A program made the translations under genes and the position numbers. From sequence record KJ019146.1: a DNA stretch of 64,000 nt; one strand, written 5' to 3'. Positions 42,201-52,811 of the stretch are shown here, piece by piece. The notes under the pieces are model-generated. The model was not told where the DNA came from. It saw nothing but the letters and a program-made list of their open reading frames with translations, and did no database searches. Numbering within the stretch: the stretch's first letter is position 1; each line of letters starts with the position of its first letter.

Positions 42201-45200
42201 ATCATTACTCCTACTTCTGGTAGGTTTGGTAATGTTCTTATCAGTGGTCAGAGTGTAGAGAGTGTAACCGGAGACCTCAACATTAAGACTGGTGGTTCCG
42301 GTGAGATCAATATCTTTGGTAACACCAATGTTATTGGTATTCTAACCGCTCAGATCATTGAGATTAATGCTATTCAGAAGGGCGATACAGCAATCGCTCT
42401 AGATGATACTGGAACTGATGGGACTATCCGTTTCATCACAGACGGACAAGAAGCACAACGTATTACAAACCAACAGAGAGTTGGTATTAACACCACCACC
42501 CCAGTTACTCAGTTAGAAGTTAAGGGTGGAACACAACTAGAGAACTTAAATGTAACTGGTATTGCCACACTTAATGGTGTTGGTATTGCTACTATCGGTG
42601 GTGATCCTGACTTCAGGAACTTAAATATCACTGGACTATCAACGTTCGCTGGTGTTGGTACTTTCCTCAGTGACTTGTATGTTGGTGGTAACCTCAGTGT
42701 CCTAGGTGATATCAAGTTTGATGAAGTTGATGCGAGAAACGCCAACATCACTGGTATTGCCACAGTTGGTTTCGCCTCTATCACAGATGCCAGAGTTGGA
42801 AGTGCCCTCACTAACTTGGGTCACACTCAACTCAATACTCTGAATGTAAGTGGAGTATCTACACTATCACTACTAGAAGTCAGTGGTAACTCAGTATTTA
42901 CTGGTATCTCTACCTTCAACAACAATGTAACTATCAATGGTGACCTCACCATTAATGGTTCTCAGAATGTAGATAGTTTTGGAACTGGTGATTTAATAGT
43001 TAGTGGTATTGCTAGTATCAACCAGGCGAAGATCGCCACTGGTATTGTTACCACACTAACTGCCACTAGAACAGAGTCAGCAGAATTAAAAGTAACTGGT
43101 CTCTCCACCTTTGTTGGTGTTGCTACCTTTGCTAACGATGTATTCGTGGCAGGTAACCTCAATGTTCTAGGAGATATTGCATATGATGAAGTCACTGGTA
43201 GAAACCTAAACATCTCCGGTATCGCAACCATCGGGTTCGCCTCTATCACAGACGCCAAGATTGGTGTCGCCACTATTACAAAACTTGATGTCACTGAGAT
43301 CAATGTAGATGGTGGAACAGGTATTGATGATAACTCAGTAACTACAGAGAACCTAGTTGTTAGTGGTATCGCTACCATCAACTCAGGTATCCTCACAACC
43401 CTCCAGGCGGAGGTAGGAAGTATCACAAACCTCACCGCTGGTGTTTCTACCTTTACTGGTATTGTAACCACTACAGAGGATCTATACGTTGGTGGAAACC
43501 TCTACGTATTCAATGATATCTTCTATGATGAAATCACTGGTAGGAACCTTTCTATCTCTGGAGTATCTACATTAGGTTTCGCTTCTGTTAGAGATCTAAG
43601 AGTATCTGGTGTCGCTACATTCCTTGGTGATGTGGAGATCAGTGGATCACAGATTGTTGACTCACTAATAACTGGTGACTTGGAAGTTACTGGTGTTACT
43701 ACAACTAAGGAACTAAGATTTACAGACGCTGTTGGTGTAGGACTCACACTCACCAATCTAGTTGTAACTGGTAACGCGGAACTCAATGGTTCTGGTATTG
43801 TTACCGCTGGTCAAGACATCAACTTCAGAAACCTAGAAGTTGCTGGTCTATCAACCTTTGTTGGTCTCCAGTCCTTCAGGTCAGCAGTTGGAACGGCACT
43901 CACAGTTTATAACCTAAGAGTTCCTGAAAATGGTATTGTTTCACTACCTGGTATTCCTGTTCAGGGTGGGGACGCTGAGTTTAGAAACGTCAATGTAACT
44001 GGTGTATCTTCCTTCAGTGGAGTATCAACTTTCGGTAGTGACCTCTATGTGGATGGAAACCTATTTGTTTCTGGTCTAGACTTCAGAGAGACACTTGCTG
44101 GTGAAAACCTATTAGTTGCTGGTGTTGGTACTGTTAATAATCTCAATAGTAATATTGGTATTATCACTCATCTACAGGCAGGTATATCAACCTTCACTGG
44201 TATCACCACCTTCCAGAGTGATGCCTCCTTCTTGAGTGATGTATATGTAGATGGAAACCTTAATGTTACGGGTGACATTAGATATGATGAGGTGAATGGT
44301 AGGAACTTGAATATCAGTGGTATCGCTACCATTGGTTACTCCTCTATCACAGACGCCAAGATTGGTGTTGCTACTATCTCCACACTATCCTTTGGTGATG
44401 GTGTTGGAACAGCACTCACACTTACAGACCTCACGGTAACAGGTGACGCCAACCTCAATGGTTCTGGTATTGTAACCGCTGGTTCTGATGTAGCGTTTAG
44501 AAATCTAGAAGTAACTGGACTATCTACCTTCACTGGTGTTGGTACTTTCCTCAGTGACTTGTATGTTGGTGGTGACCTCTTTGTATTCAATGATATCAAG
44601 TATGATGAGATTAATGGTAGAAACCTAAACATCTCTGGTATCTCCACACTTGGTTTCACTTCTATCTCCGACATCAGAGTATCTGGTGGTTCTACCTTCT
44701 TAGGTAATGTAGAGATTGATGGAAACCTAGATGTAACTGGTGACCTAACCTTTGATGAGTTTGATGCCACTAACGCTAACATCACTGGTATTGCCACTAT
44801 TGGTAACCTACTAGCGGGTGTGGGAACTATCACCACACTATCATCTACTGATGGTGAGATTACAACACTAACCTCTACTGATACTGTTGTTGGTACTCTA
44901 ACCGCCACTGATGCAACTATCACTACACTAGGTGTTACTGATAGTGTAGTTGGAACCTCTACCATTACAACACTCAGTGTTACTGATAGTGTAGTTGGAA
45001 CTTCTACTATAACATTACTCAACTTCACTGATGGTGTTGGAGTAGCACTCACACTCACTGACCTCAATGTTCTAGGTGAAGCTAACCTCAATGGTTCTGG
45101 TATAGCAACCGCTGGTTCTGATATAGAGTTTAGGAACCTCAGTATTACTGGTCTCTCCACCTTTGTTGGTGTAGCAACCTTCCAAGATGACTTGTATGTG

Positions 45201-46790
45201 GCAGGTAACCTGAATGTATTGGGTGACCTAACCTATGATGAAGTGAATGGTAGAAACCTTAACATCTCTGGTATCGCTACCATTGGTTTCGCCTCTATCA
45301 CAGACCTAAGAGTATCTGGTGTAACTACCTTCCTCGGTCCTGTTAATATCGATGGTGGTCAGCAAACCGACTTCATTCAAACCACAGACTTGATTGTCAC
45401 TGGTGTTGCCACTATTGGTTACGCAACTGTCACTAAGTTGATCGCTGATCACAGTGATATGAGGAACCTGAATGTATCAGGTATCGCCACTATTGGTAGT
45501 CTCGTATCAGATGGTAATGGTGGAATCATTGTAGATGGTGCTGTATCCATTAGTGGTATTGTTACTATTGGTGAAAACTCTATCATTCTCGATGGTAGAA
45601 AGGATGTAGAAGCGATCTACTTGGGTGATACTGGAAGAGCAATCGTCTCTGGTATTACTACTGATGGTAAGAGAACTTATGTCAAATTTGATGATGGTAG
45701 ATTTGATAGACTAAATGTATCTGGTGTCTCTACCTTCAATGATGTAGTATCCACATCATCTACTATCACTAACCTAGATGTAACCACAGCAACTGTTGGT
45801 TTCCTAACCGCAACTCAGGGTTATGTTGGAGTTCTAACTGTAGGAACATTCACCAATGATGGTGGTGGTTCTGTTATTGGTGACGATATCACAACCAGAA
45901 ACCTGAATGTAACTGGTGTATCTACCTTCGCAGGTATTGTTACTACTACTGGTGACCTCTATGTGGGTGGTGACCTCTTTGTATTCAATGATATCTTCTA
46001 TGATGAGATCAATGGTAGAAACCTGAATATCACGGGTGTCGCCACTATCGGTTACTCCTCTATCACTGATGTTAGAGTATCTGGTGTAGCAACATTCCTA
46101 GGTGATGTGAATATCTCTGGTGTTACTTCTGTAACCACACTGGAGGCAACTGGCATTGATGCCTATCGGGTTACTACTCAGAGATTGATCGTACCTGATG
46201 ATGGTTTCGTACAACTACCTGGTATCCCAGTTAGTGGTGGTTCCGCTGAGTTCTCAGAACTATTAATAACTGGTATATCTAGTTTCGTTGGAGTCGCCAC
46301 CTTCAAGGATGATGTGTATATCGATGGTGACTTTATTGTTGGTGGATCTCAGGTTATTGATAATGTTGCTACTGAGAACATTATCATCAGTGGTATTGCT
46401 ACAATAAGAACAGGTGAGATCACTGAACTAAATGTAGGAATTGCTACAGTTGGATTCCTCACAGCCACTGATGGATACATTGGAGTTCTAACAGCTCAGA
46501 ACTACACTTCACTCTCTGATGAGAGACTCAAGTCTAACATTGAAACTATTGATGATGCTCTAGCGGGTGTTCTCAGACTCGATGGTGTAATGTTCCAGTG
46601 GAATAATACTGGCAAAACTGATATGGGTGTTATCGCCCAACAGGTGGAGGCGGTATTCCCCGAGATCGTACATGGGGATGATACAAAGGGAGTCAATTAT
46701 AACGGTCTTATTGGTGTACTGATCGAAGCAGTCAAGGAACTCAAAGTAGAAAACGATAGTCTCAGAGAGAGACTAGACAGACTGGAGTGA
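39234..46790 (+). CDS. Giant tail fibre (2518 aa) with beta-helix-like and LamG/ConA-like domains, GISTF repeats and S74 chaperone
   Basis: GTGDFTVEFWIYR...WNHIAVCR...YLDELRVTKG LamG motifs; SDERLKSNI...GVIAQQVEAVFPEIV...VNYNGLIGVLIEAVKEL chaperone. Confidence 0.85.
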   Translation: MANQNFRVKKGIEVGLGATFLYADDSGVGINSASPRSNLDVRGRSQTEELLVDNYAEVQGPSTFVGLGTFGGDLYVGNDLYVKGNLSFTSFESETGNVTGVLTTRDFNVTGLSTFAGDATFQSDVNISGASSITGNLVVSGASTLTGIVTTGDDLYVGGSLYVFNDIFYDEITGRNLSISGIATLRQLEIQQDLEVAGLSTFVGLVSFRDAVGTNLTVYNLSANTGNFVEINVDGGGGGGGGTGIDSTSVNTEFLNVTGVATFNNGIATNFSAEFIDAGVTTTTDLHFTNGYGVNLNMSGITTVGILTVYENIYDSRNQVGYGDSLLVTQGGKLVWTRPDIAGIATSFQPGSTFYVSENGSNTNDGRSPEKAWSSIAYAVSQIGDTSHDILEVTAGEYTETFPITVPKGLTISCAGQRATIVRPSQATETNDGFLLNDRSTIHNITVTGFYKPQGSINYAFKFSVGAAITSRSPYVDKVTVINKGTQTSASDPYGYGSADSYPTTAPGGAGVLVDGSVVATNSLEAAILLNEVTLFTAGNQGIKITNGGRVEWLNGFIYFASEALVGLSDKTTGLAGAGKARLTLENASGGLVGGNTVQYYDSDGTTVLASGTIDNVSGSYVTLTNAGVGTFTTPRNRTAKKVDFVNGAQLSTAQARFGTSSLDVTGAGTDNITVDSTSDFGFGTGDFTVEFWIYRTGNINGKVICDFRDTAATDQAITIQGDGGNETDVYIGTTSVVTGTVPTTLNAWNHIAVCRVGSTITQYIDGAVSGSGTAATDLGVARQLTFGDRYDNSNNGPTAYLDELRVTKGAAKYTGAFTSPSVALTGDKDTSILLHFDGINGATSTTDDIIVLQDIRITGGNTADKVTLADYSQFGADLRSIACAIEYGNQGMIGDGDGVTLRAISINFNHVGALGDITNDPNLAIQSNEVIELNGGQVSYVSIDQKGDFRVGEAFYVNQETGEVSFTDTVTDLTALSSLTITDGTNSSIITPTSGRFGNVLISGQSVESVTGDLNIKTGGSGEINIFGNTNVIGILTAQIIEINAIQKGDTAIALDDTGTDGTIRFITDGQEAQRITNQQRVGINTTTPVTQLEVKGGTQLENLNVTGIATLNGVGIATIGGDPDFRNLNITGLSTFAGVGTFLSDLYVGGNLSVLGDIKFDEVDARNANITGIATVGFASITDARVGSALTNLGHTQLNTLNVSGVSTLSLLEVSGNSVFTGISTFNNNVTINGDLTINGSQNVDSFGTGDLIVSGIASINQAKIATGIVTTLTATRTESAELKVTGLSTFVGVATFANDVFVAGNLNVLGDIAYDEVTGRNLNISGIATIGFASITDAKIGVATITKLDVTEINVDGGTGIDDNSVTTENLVVSGIATINSGILTTLQAEVGSITNLTAGVSTFTGIVTTTEDLYVGGNLYVFNDIFYDEITGRNLSISGVSTLGFASVRDLRVSGVATFLGDVEISGSQIVDSLITGDLEVTGVTTTKELRFTDAVGVGLTLTNLVVTGNAELNGSGIVTAGQDINFRNLEVAGLSTFVGLQSFRSAVGTALTVYNLRVPENGIVSLPGIPVQGGDAEFRNVNVTGVSSFSGVSTFGSDLYVDGNLFVSGLDFRETLAGENLLVAGVGTVNNLNSNIGIITHLQAGISTFTGITTFQSDASFLSDVYVDGNLNVTGDIRYDEVNGRNLNISGIATIGYSSITDAKIGVATISTLSFGDGVGTALTLTDLTVTGDANLNGSGIVTAGSDVAFRNLEVTGLSTFTGVGTFLSDLYVGGDLFVFNDIKYDEINGRNLNISGISTLGFTSISDIRVSGGSTFLGNVEIDGNLDVTGDLTFDEFDATNANITGIATIGNLLAGVGTITTLSSTDGEITTLTSTDTVVGTLTATDATITTLGVTDSVVGTSTITTLSVTDSVVGTSTITLLNFTDGVGVALTLTDLNVLGEANLNGSGIATAGSDIEFRNLSITGLSTFVGVATFQDDLYVAGNLNVLGDLTYDEVNGRNLNISGIATIGFASITDLRVSGVTTFLGPVNIDGGQQTDFIQTTDLIVTGVATIGYATVTKLIADHSDMRNLNVSGIATIGSLVSDGNGGIIVDGAVSISGIVTIGENSIILDGRKDVEAIYLGDTGRAIVSGITTDGKRTYVKFDDGRFDRLNVSGVSTFNDVVSTSSTITNLDVTTATVGFLTATQGYVGVLTVGTFTNDGGGSVIGDDITTRNLNVTGVSTFAGIVTTTGDLYVGGDLFVFNDIFYDEINGRNLNITGVATIGYSSITDVRVSGVATFLGDVNISGVTSVTTLEATGIDAYRVTTQRLIVPDDGFVQLPGIPVSGGSAEFSELLITGISSFVGVATFKDDVYIDGDFIVGGSQVIDNVATENIIISGIATIRTGEITELNVGIATVGFLTATDGYIGVLTAQNYTSLSDERLKSNIETIDDALAGVLRLDGVMFQWNNTGKTDMGVIAQQVEAVFPEIVHGDDTKGVNYNGLIGVLIEAVKELKVENDSLRERLDRLE

Positions 46791-46848
46791 TAAATACAAA
46801 TACGGCTCAATGAGCCCTTTTGTACGTACACAAAGGAGAAAAACCTAA

Positions 46849-49800
46849 ATGGCATATTTACTTTCTAATGGGGGCGTTATTATTAACGACTCCAGAGAAA
46901 TCGTAAATGCTGGGGTTGTAACTGCTACTGCGTTCTTTGGGGACGGTTCTGGTTTATCTGGAATCGCAACCATTTCTGATGGGGGAATCTCCATCGGCGA
47001 CGCAAACATCACTGGAAACTTAAATGTTTCTGGTATTTCTACCGTAGAATTCTTAAACGCTTCTGACATTAATGTCGGCGGTGCTTTAACAGTCACAGGT
47101 GATCTATCTGTCGGTGGTGATTTATCTTTTGATGAGGTTTCTGGTAGAAACCTAAACATCACTGGTATTTCCACACTCGGAACAGTTAAGATTTCAAATG
47201 GCATTGTAACCGCCACTAGTGGCGTTGTTACATATTACGGTGATGGTAGCAATCTAACCGGCATTGACATCACAGATAGTGATGTAAGACTCAGAAACCT
47301 TTCGGTTACTGGTGTCTCTACATTCACAGGTGATGTATCTTTTGGAGCAAACGCTTCTCTAGTAGGCGACCTAACTTCTGGTCGTAACGCAAACCTTTCA
47401 GGTATTGCGACAGTAAATGATATCTATATTGAAAACTTACTTTATGATTCCAACAATAATGTTGGAGCAGCTGGTTCAATTCTTGTAACCGCAGGTGGAA
47501 AGTTACAGTGGCTACCGCCCGATCAAGCGGGTATTGCTACAGTATTCCAACCAGGAAATACATTCTTTGTTTCTAAGAATGGTGATGATAGTAGTGATGG
47601 TCTCTCCATGGAGAAATCATTTGCTACCATTTCCTACGCTCTGTCTCAGATTTCATCAGGGACAAACAACGTTCTCTTAATCACCGCTGGTGATTATGAA
47701 GAAGTATTCCCACTATCAGTTCCCGATGGACTGACTGTTAAGGGTGTTGGACAACGTGCGGTCCTAGTTAGACCCACTTCAGCTACAGAAACCAACGATG
47801 GTTTCCAACTTGGTAACGCATCCACAGTTGAAGATTTGACCATTGGTCAGATGTTTAAACCTCAAGGTGCTTCCAATAATAACTACGCTTTCACATATAG
47901 AAGTGGTGCTACCATTTCATCTCGTGGACCTTATGTTTCTAGAGTTACGGTTCTAAACAAAGGTAGCGTAACCTCTGCCTCTGATCCATTTGGATATGGT
48001 TCAGCTGATGCTTATCCAACGACTGCCCCTGGTGGTGCTGGTGTATTGGCTGATGGTAGTGTTCTTAACTCCGCCTCACTAGAAGCATCATTCCTACTTA
48101 ACGAAGTCACCACCTTCACTGCCGGTAACATCGGTATTGATATGGTCAACGGTGCTCGTGTTGAGTGGTTGAATGGTTTCTCCTACTTCGCATCCGAGGG
48201 TGTTAAAGGTAGAGCTGACCAGTCAACTGGTTTGTATGGTGCAGGTAAGACGAGACTAAGAGTTGAGAACGCCTCTGGTGGTCTAGTCAATGGTAATACC
48301 ATTGAACTCTATGATATTGATGGCACGACTAGCCTTGCTAGTGGTACTATTGACGGCACCAGTGGTGCATACACGACCCTGACTACTGGTGGTACTGGTA
48401 CCTTCGCTATTGCAGGAAGTCGTAAGGCGAAAGCTGCCTCATTCGTTGATACAGCCTCTCTATCTACAACACAAGCCAAATTCGGGAATGCTTCACTAGA
48501 TGTAACTGGTCAGTCTACTGATTGTATCAATGTTGATCCAAGCAGTGACTTCGGTTTCGGTACTGGTGACTTTACAGCTGAATTCTGGTTGTATAGAACA
48601 TCAGCTACTGCTGGTGCTACTATTCTCGATATGAGAGATGCAGCTGATACTGATTCAGCTCTATCTATTAGAGAGAACACTAGTGATGTTATTGAAGTTC
48701 TTGTCGGCAACTCTGTTGTTCTAACTTCATCCACAAGTGCTATTGGTAATGCCGCTTGGTATCACATTGCTGTTGCCCGTTTGGGTAGCACAATGGAACT
48801 ATTCATTAATGGTGCCCAGGAAGCTTCAGCATCCAATTCATCTGACTTAGGTCTAAGCCAGTCACTCACCTTTGGTGCTGACTATGCTAACGCCAATGGT
48901 ACTATTGCGTTCTTAGATGAACTCCGTATCGAGAAGGGTGCTGCTAAGTACACGAATCCGTTTACTCCTTCCACTGTACCCCTTGAGGGTGACCGTGGTA
49001 CAGCTATCCTACTCCACTTTGATGGATCAAATGGAGCAACTGAAGCTCCTGATGATATTCAGATATTCCAGGATATCCGTATCAGTGGTGGTAACACAGC
49101 TGATAGACTATCACTTGCTGACTACAGTCAGTTTGGTGCTGAGTTGCGTTCCTCTGGTTGTGCTGTTGAGTATGGTAACAAAGGTGTCGTCGGAGACGGT
49201 GCTGGTGTTGCTCTAAGACTCATCGGTATTAACTTCAGTTTCGTAGGTGCCCTAGGTGATCTAACTAACGATCCAAACCTAGCCGTTCAGGCTAATGAAG
49301 TTACAGAAACCAACAATGCTGAGGTATCTTTCACCAGTATTGATCAAGGTGGTGACTTCCGTGTTGGTGAATCCTTCTATGTTAACCAGGAAACTGGTGA
49401 TGTATCATTCAACAACACAACAACTGATCTAACCTCACTATCTAGTCTAACCATCACTGATGGTACTAACAACTCACTTATCACTCCTACCTCTGGTAGA
49501 TTTGGTAATGTTCAGATCTCTGGACAGCAAGTTGCTTCTGTATCTGGTGACCTAGACCTAGTAACCGCTGGTGGTGGTGAAGTTAACATCTACGGTAATA
49601 CTAACGTTGTTGGTATTCTAACCGCACAGGTTGTTGAGATCAACGCTATCCAGAAGGGTGATACTTCTATCGCTCTAGATGATACCGGTACTGATGGTAC
49701 TATCCGGTTTAACACCGATGGTTCTGAGGCAGGTAGATTCACTAAGGATAACGACCTTGCAGTAACACACAACTTCCGCGTTGGTGGAATTGGTACTATT

Positions 49801-52719
49801 CCAAACTTGGTAAGTACTACTGCAACCATCACAACTCTAAATGTTGAGAACCTTGTCAGTAGTGGTAGCACTAGTGGCGGTGGCGGAACTGGTATCGGTT
49901 CTACCGCTATCAATTCACCTAACCTTAATATTTCTGGTCAGGCAAACTTCAACAACGTCAACGTTTCTGGTGTTGCCACGGTTCCTGATCTAACTGTAAC
50001 CAACTCCTTTACTAATACTGGTTATTCAACCATCACTGGTGACGCCGAAGTTGGTGGAAATCTATGGTTGAAGGGTGACCTCAATGTTATCGGTTCCCAG
50101 AATGTTAGCGAGTTCTTCGCTACCAATATGGAGATCTCTGGTATCGCTACCTTCGGTACCGTAAAGGTCAACAGTAATGTCCATTGTGACGATACTGTAT
50201 TTGTTGGCGGTGCTGTAACAATCACTGGTCCAATCACAGCAGTGGATATCTTTGCCACTGGTATTGGAACCATTCCTGTAGCAGATGTTGGACATGCCGA
50301 TGTTGATTCTATCAATGTCACTGGTATCTCTACTATCTCTCAGGTTGATATCGGTAAGATTACCGTAGGTGACTTCACTGTAACTGGATTTGCAACTGTC
50401 ACTGACGGACTTGAAGTTATCGGTCCTGTCTCATTTGGTGGTTCTATCACACAACTACCTCTACCAACTGGTCAAGGTGGTGTTTGGTTTGACAACTCTG
50501 TTGTGGGTGTCGGCACACTACTCGCCACTAATGCATCAATTAGCGGACTCCTCGGAGTTGGTAATTCATTGGGTGTTGCTGGTGATGCCTACATCGATGG
50601 AAACATCATTGGTTCTGGTGGTACTATCTCTAATTACAACGAGATTATTACACCTCTCCTAACCGCAACTGATATCGATGCAGCTACACTCGATGTTAGT
50701 GGTAACGTAACCATTGATGGAAACGTAGACCTTGGTGACACATCTGCCGACTTCGTTAGAATCAACGGTAGAGTAAGTACTTCCTTTATTCCTTCTACTG
50801 ATAGTGCAACTGACTTAGGTAGCAATGGTCTCAGGTGGAAAGAACTCTTCGTTGATAAACTCACCCTCACAGATGATGCTGCTATTGGTGGTGATCTATC
50901 TGTTGGTGGTAGTGTATCTGCCGATTATGTAGATACTACTGAACTCAATGTCAGTGGTGTTGCAACCTTCGCTCAGATTTCAATTGGTGGTGGCGGCGGT
51001 GGTATTAGTACCAACGGCGTTATTATTAACAATGTTACTGTTACTGACCAGAGTACTCTTAACAACCTCATTGTTTCTGGTGTATCAACCTTCGTTGGTG
51101 TTTCTACCTTCAAGGGTGATGTCTATATCGATGGTAACCTAATCATTGATGGTGATAACAGTCAGGATCTAATCAGTGGTACTAACCTACTCGTCAGTGG
51201 TATTGCTACCATCGGCACACTAGGTGTAACTACAAACTTAACTGTTGGTGGTGATGTACTTGTCAGTGGTGCTATGACCGCTGGTTCATACAATGGTGAT
51301 GGTTCTCAGTTAGATAATCTACCTGCAGCATCAATCACAACCTCCATAACACCTACAACTAGGGTGAATGGTGATACACTACAGACTGGTGATCTATGGT
51401 ATGACTCTTCTGAGTTACGCCAGTATACTTACTATGATGATGGTGGATCCGTTCAGTGGGTACCTTCAGCCCCAGAACCTACTATTCCTGATTTTACCTA
51501 CGCAGGTAACACAGGTATTGGTACTCTATCCTTAGGGGATGATACTTTCTCTGTTGTTGGTGATGGTACAAACGTAGTCACTACTGCAAGTGGTGTAACT
51601 ACTACCGTAACCATTTCACTATCCGATAGTGTGGCAATCGCCGGTTCTATGACCGCTGGTAGCTTCCTTGGTGAGAACCTCAATGTTTCTGGTGTATCAA
51701 CCTTCGTTGGCGTTACAACCTTCAGAGGTGATGTCTTCATCGAAGGTAACCTAATCATTGATGGTGATGAGAGTCAGGATCTAGTCAGTGGTACTAACCT
51801 AATTATTACTGGTATTGCTACCATTGGTACATTAGGAGTAACTACTACTACTACCAATACTCTCACCGTACTCGATACCTTCACTCTAGATAACCCAGTC
51901 AATTCTATCGGAATTAGTTCTGATCTAGGTGGTGCCGGTGCTGCTCACACAGCTCTTGCTTCCCAGTTAGCAATCAAACAATACATTGATGCTAATAACT
52001 CAGATCAAAACCTAAACTTCACTGGTGATACTGGTTCTGGCTCGATTGGTCTTGGTACTGAATTCCTAGAGGTTCGTGGTACAGCACAACAGGTTACAAC
52101 CATTGGTGTTGGTAACAGTGTTGTTATTGGACTACCTAACACAGTAAGAGTACCACAGAGACTATATGTTGGTGGTGGTGCCTTTACTCAGGTTATGGAT
52201 GCCAACTCCGCTTCTGGTGTGGTATTTGCCAATAAGATTGTTACGATCAACAAAGGTCTAACCCTCAGTAGTAGTGACCTAACCGGAGTTCGTAACCTAG
52301 TTCAGACTGGTATTGCAACTCTTGGTACAGTTAACTTCTCTGGTGTAACAACCACTGTAGGTAACGCATTCGTTGGTAATGACTTAAGTGTCTTAGGCAC
52401 AGTCAACGCTAATGACTTCAACTCTACTTCTGACGCTACTAGAAAAGAAGACGTAGTTGAGATTGAAGATGCACTCGCTAAGGTCCTAGACCTACGTGGT
52501 GTAACATTCAACTGGAAGAATGGTGAAGGATCATCTGCTGGTGTTCTTGCACAAGAAGTTCAGATGGTTCTACCTGAGATTGTTAAGGGTGATGTAGGCA
52601 ATATGTCCGTTCAGTATAACGGTATTATAGCACTTCTCGTCCAAGCAGTCAAGGAACTCTCTTCTGAAGTTGAAGAACTCAAGAGAACCAAGAGTGACAA
52701 GAGAAGGAAGAAATCCTGA
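46849..52719 (+). CDS. Giant tail fibre (1956 aa), paralogue of the previous gene, with LamG-like domain and S74 chaperone
   Basis: AAGGAG RBS; GTGDFTAEFWLYR LamG motif; SDATRKEDV...GVLAQEVQMVLPEIV chaperone. Confidence 0.85.
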   Translation: MAYLLSNGGVIINDSREIVNAGVVTATAFFGDGSGLSGIATISDGGISIGDANITGNLNVSGISTVEFLNASDINVGGALTVTGDLSVGGDLSFDEVSGRNLNITGISTLGTVKISNGIVTATSGVVTYYGDGSNLTGIDITDSDVRLRNLSVTGVSTFTGDVSFGANASLVGDLTSGRNANLSGIATVNDIYIENLLYDSNNNVGAAGSILVTAGGKLQWLPPDQAGIATVFQPGNTFFVSKNGDDSSDGLSMEKSFATISYALSQISSGTNNVLLITAGDYEEVFPLSVPDGLTVKGVGQRAVLVRPTSATETNDGFQLGNASTVEDLTIGQMFKPQGASNNNYAFTYRSGATISSRGPYVSRVTVLNKGSVTSASDPFGYGSADAYPTTAPGGAGVLADGSVLNSASLEASFLLNEVTTFTAGNIGIDMVNGARVEWLNGFSYFASEGVKGRADQSTGLYGAGKTRLRVENASGGLVNGNTIELYDIDGTTSLASGTIDGTSGAYTTLTTGGTGTFAIAGSRKAKAASFVDTASLSTTQAKFGNASLDVTGQSTDCINVDPSSDFGFGTGDFTAEFWLYRTSATAGATILDMRDAADTDSALSIRENTSDVIEVLVGNSVVLTSSTSAIGNAAWYHIAVARLGSTMELFINGAQEASASNSSDLGLSQSLTFGADYANANGTIAFLDELRIEKGAAKYTNPFTPSTVPLEGDRGTAILLHFDGSNGATEAPDDIQIFQDIRISGGNTADRLSLADYSQFGAELRSSGCAVEYGNKGVVGDGAGVALRLIGINFSFVGALGDLTNDPNLAVQANEVTETNNAEVSFTSIDQGGDFRVGESFYVNQETGDVSFNNTTTDLTSLSSLTITDGTNNSLITPTSGRFGNVQISGQQVASVSGDLDLVTAGGGEVNIYGNTNVVGILTAQVVEINAIQKGDTSIALDDTGTDGTIRFNTDGSEAGRFTKDNDLAVTHNFRVGGIGTIPNLVSTTATITTLNVENLVSSGSTSGGGGTGIGSTAINSPNLNISGQANFNNVNVSGVATVPDLTVTNSFTNTGYSTITGDAEVGGNLWLKGDLNVIGSQNVSEFFATNMEISGIATFGTVKVNSNVHCDDTVFVGGAVTITGPITAVDIFATGIGTIPVADVGHADVDSINVTGISTISQVDIGKITVGDFTVTGFATVTDGLEVIGPVSFGGSITQLPLPTGQGGVWFDNSVVGVGTLLATNASISGLLGVGNSLGVAGDAYIDGNIIGSGGTISNYNEIITPLLTATDIDAATLDVSGNVTIDGNVDLGDTSADFVRINGRVSTSFIPSTDSATDLGSNGLRWKELFVDKLTLTDDAAIGGDLSVGGSVSADYVDTTELNVSGVATFAQISIGGGGGGISTNGVIINNVTVTDQSTLNNLIVSGVSTFVGVSTFKGDVYIDGNLIIDGDNSQDLISGTNLLVSGIATIGTLGVTTNLTVGGDVLVSGAMTAGSYNGDGSQLDNLPAASITTSITPTTRVNGDTLQTGDLWYDSSELRQYTYYDDGGSVQWVPSAPEPTIPDFTYAGNTGIGTLSLGDDTFSVVGDGTNVVTTASGVTTTVTISLSDSVAIAGSMTAGSFLGENLNVSGVSTFVGVTTFRGDVFIEGNLIIDGDESQDLVSGTNLIITGIATIGTLGVTTTTTNTLTVLDTFTLDNPVNSIGISSDLGGAGAAHTALASQLAIKQYIDANNSDQNLNFTGDTGSGSIGLGTEFLEVRGTAQQVTTIGVGNSVVIGLPNTVRVPQRLYVGGGAFTQVMDANSASGVVFANKIVTINKGLTLSSSDLTGVRNLVQTGIATLGTVNFSGVTTTVGNAFVGNDLSVLGTVNANDFNSTSDATRKEDVVEIEDALAKVLDLRGVTFNWKNGEGSSAGVLAQEVQMVLPEIVKGDVGNMSVQYNGIIALLVQAVKELSSEVEELKRTKSDKRRKKS

Positions 52720-52723
52720 TAAC

Positions 52724-52752
52724 TTGCCATACTCCTTCTGATCCTGTATAAT
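52724..52752 (+). promoter_or_regulatory. Sigma70-type promoter overlapped by an 11-bp inverted repeat
   Basis: TTGCCA-17 nt-TATAAT; CTTCTGATCCT/AGGATCAGAAG. Confidence 0.55.
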
Positions 52753-52787
52753 ACCTTTGTGGAGGATCAGAAGTTGGCTCTAAGCTT

Positions 52788-52811
52788 AGACCCCTTATGG
52801 GGTCTTTTTTT
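52788..52811 (+). terminator. Intrinsic terminator
   Basis: AGACCCC-TTAT-GGGGTCT plus T run. Confidence 0.85.

Noticed and set aside
34047-52511. Many minus-strand ORFs of 60-274 aa across the giant fibre genes
   Set aside because: They are antisense shadows of G/T/V/S-rich repeat coding with no RBS, promoter or recognisable motif.
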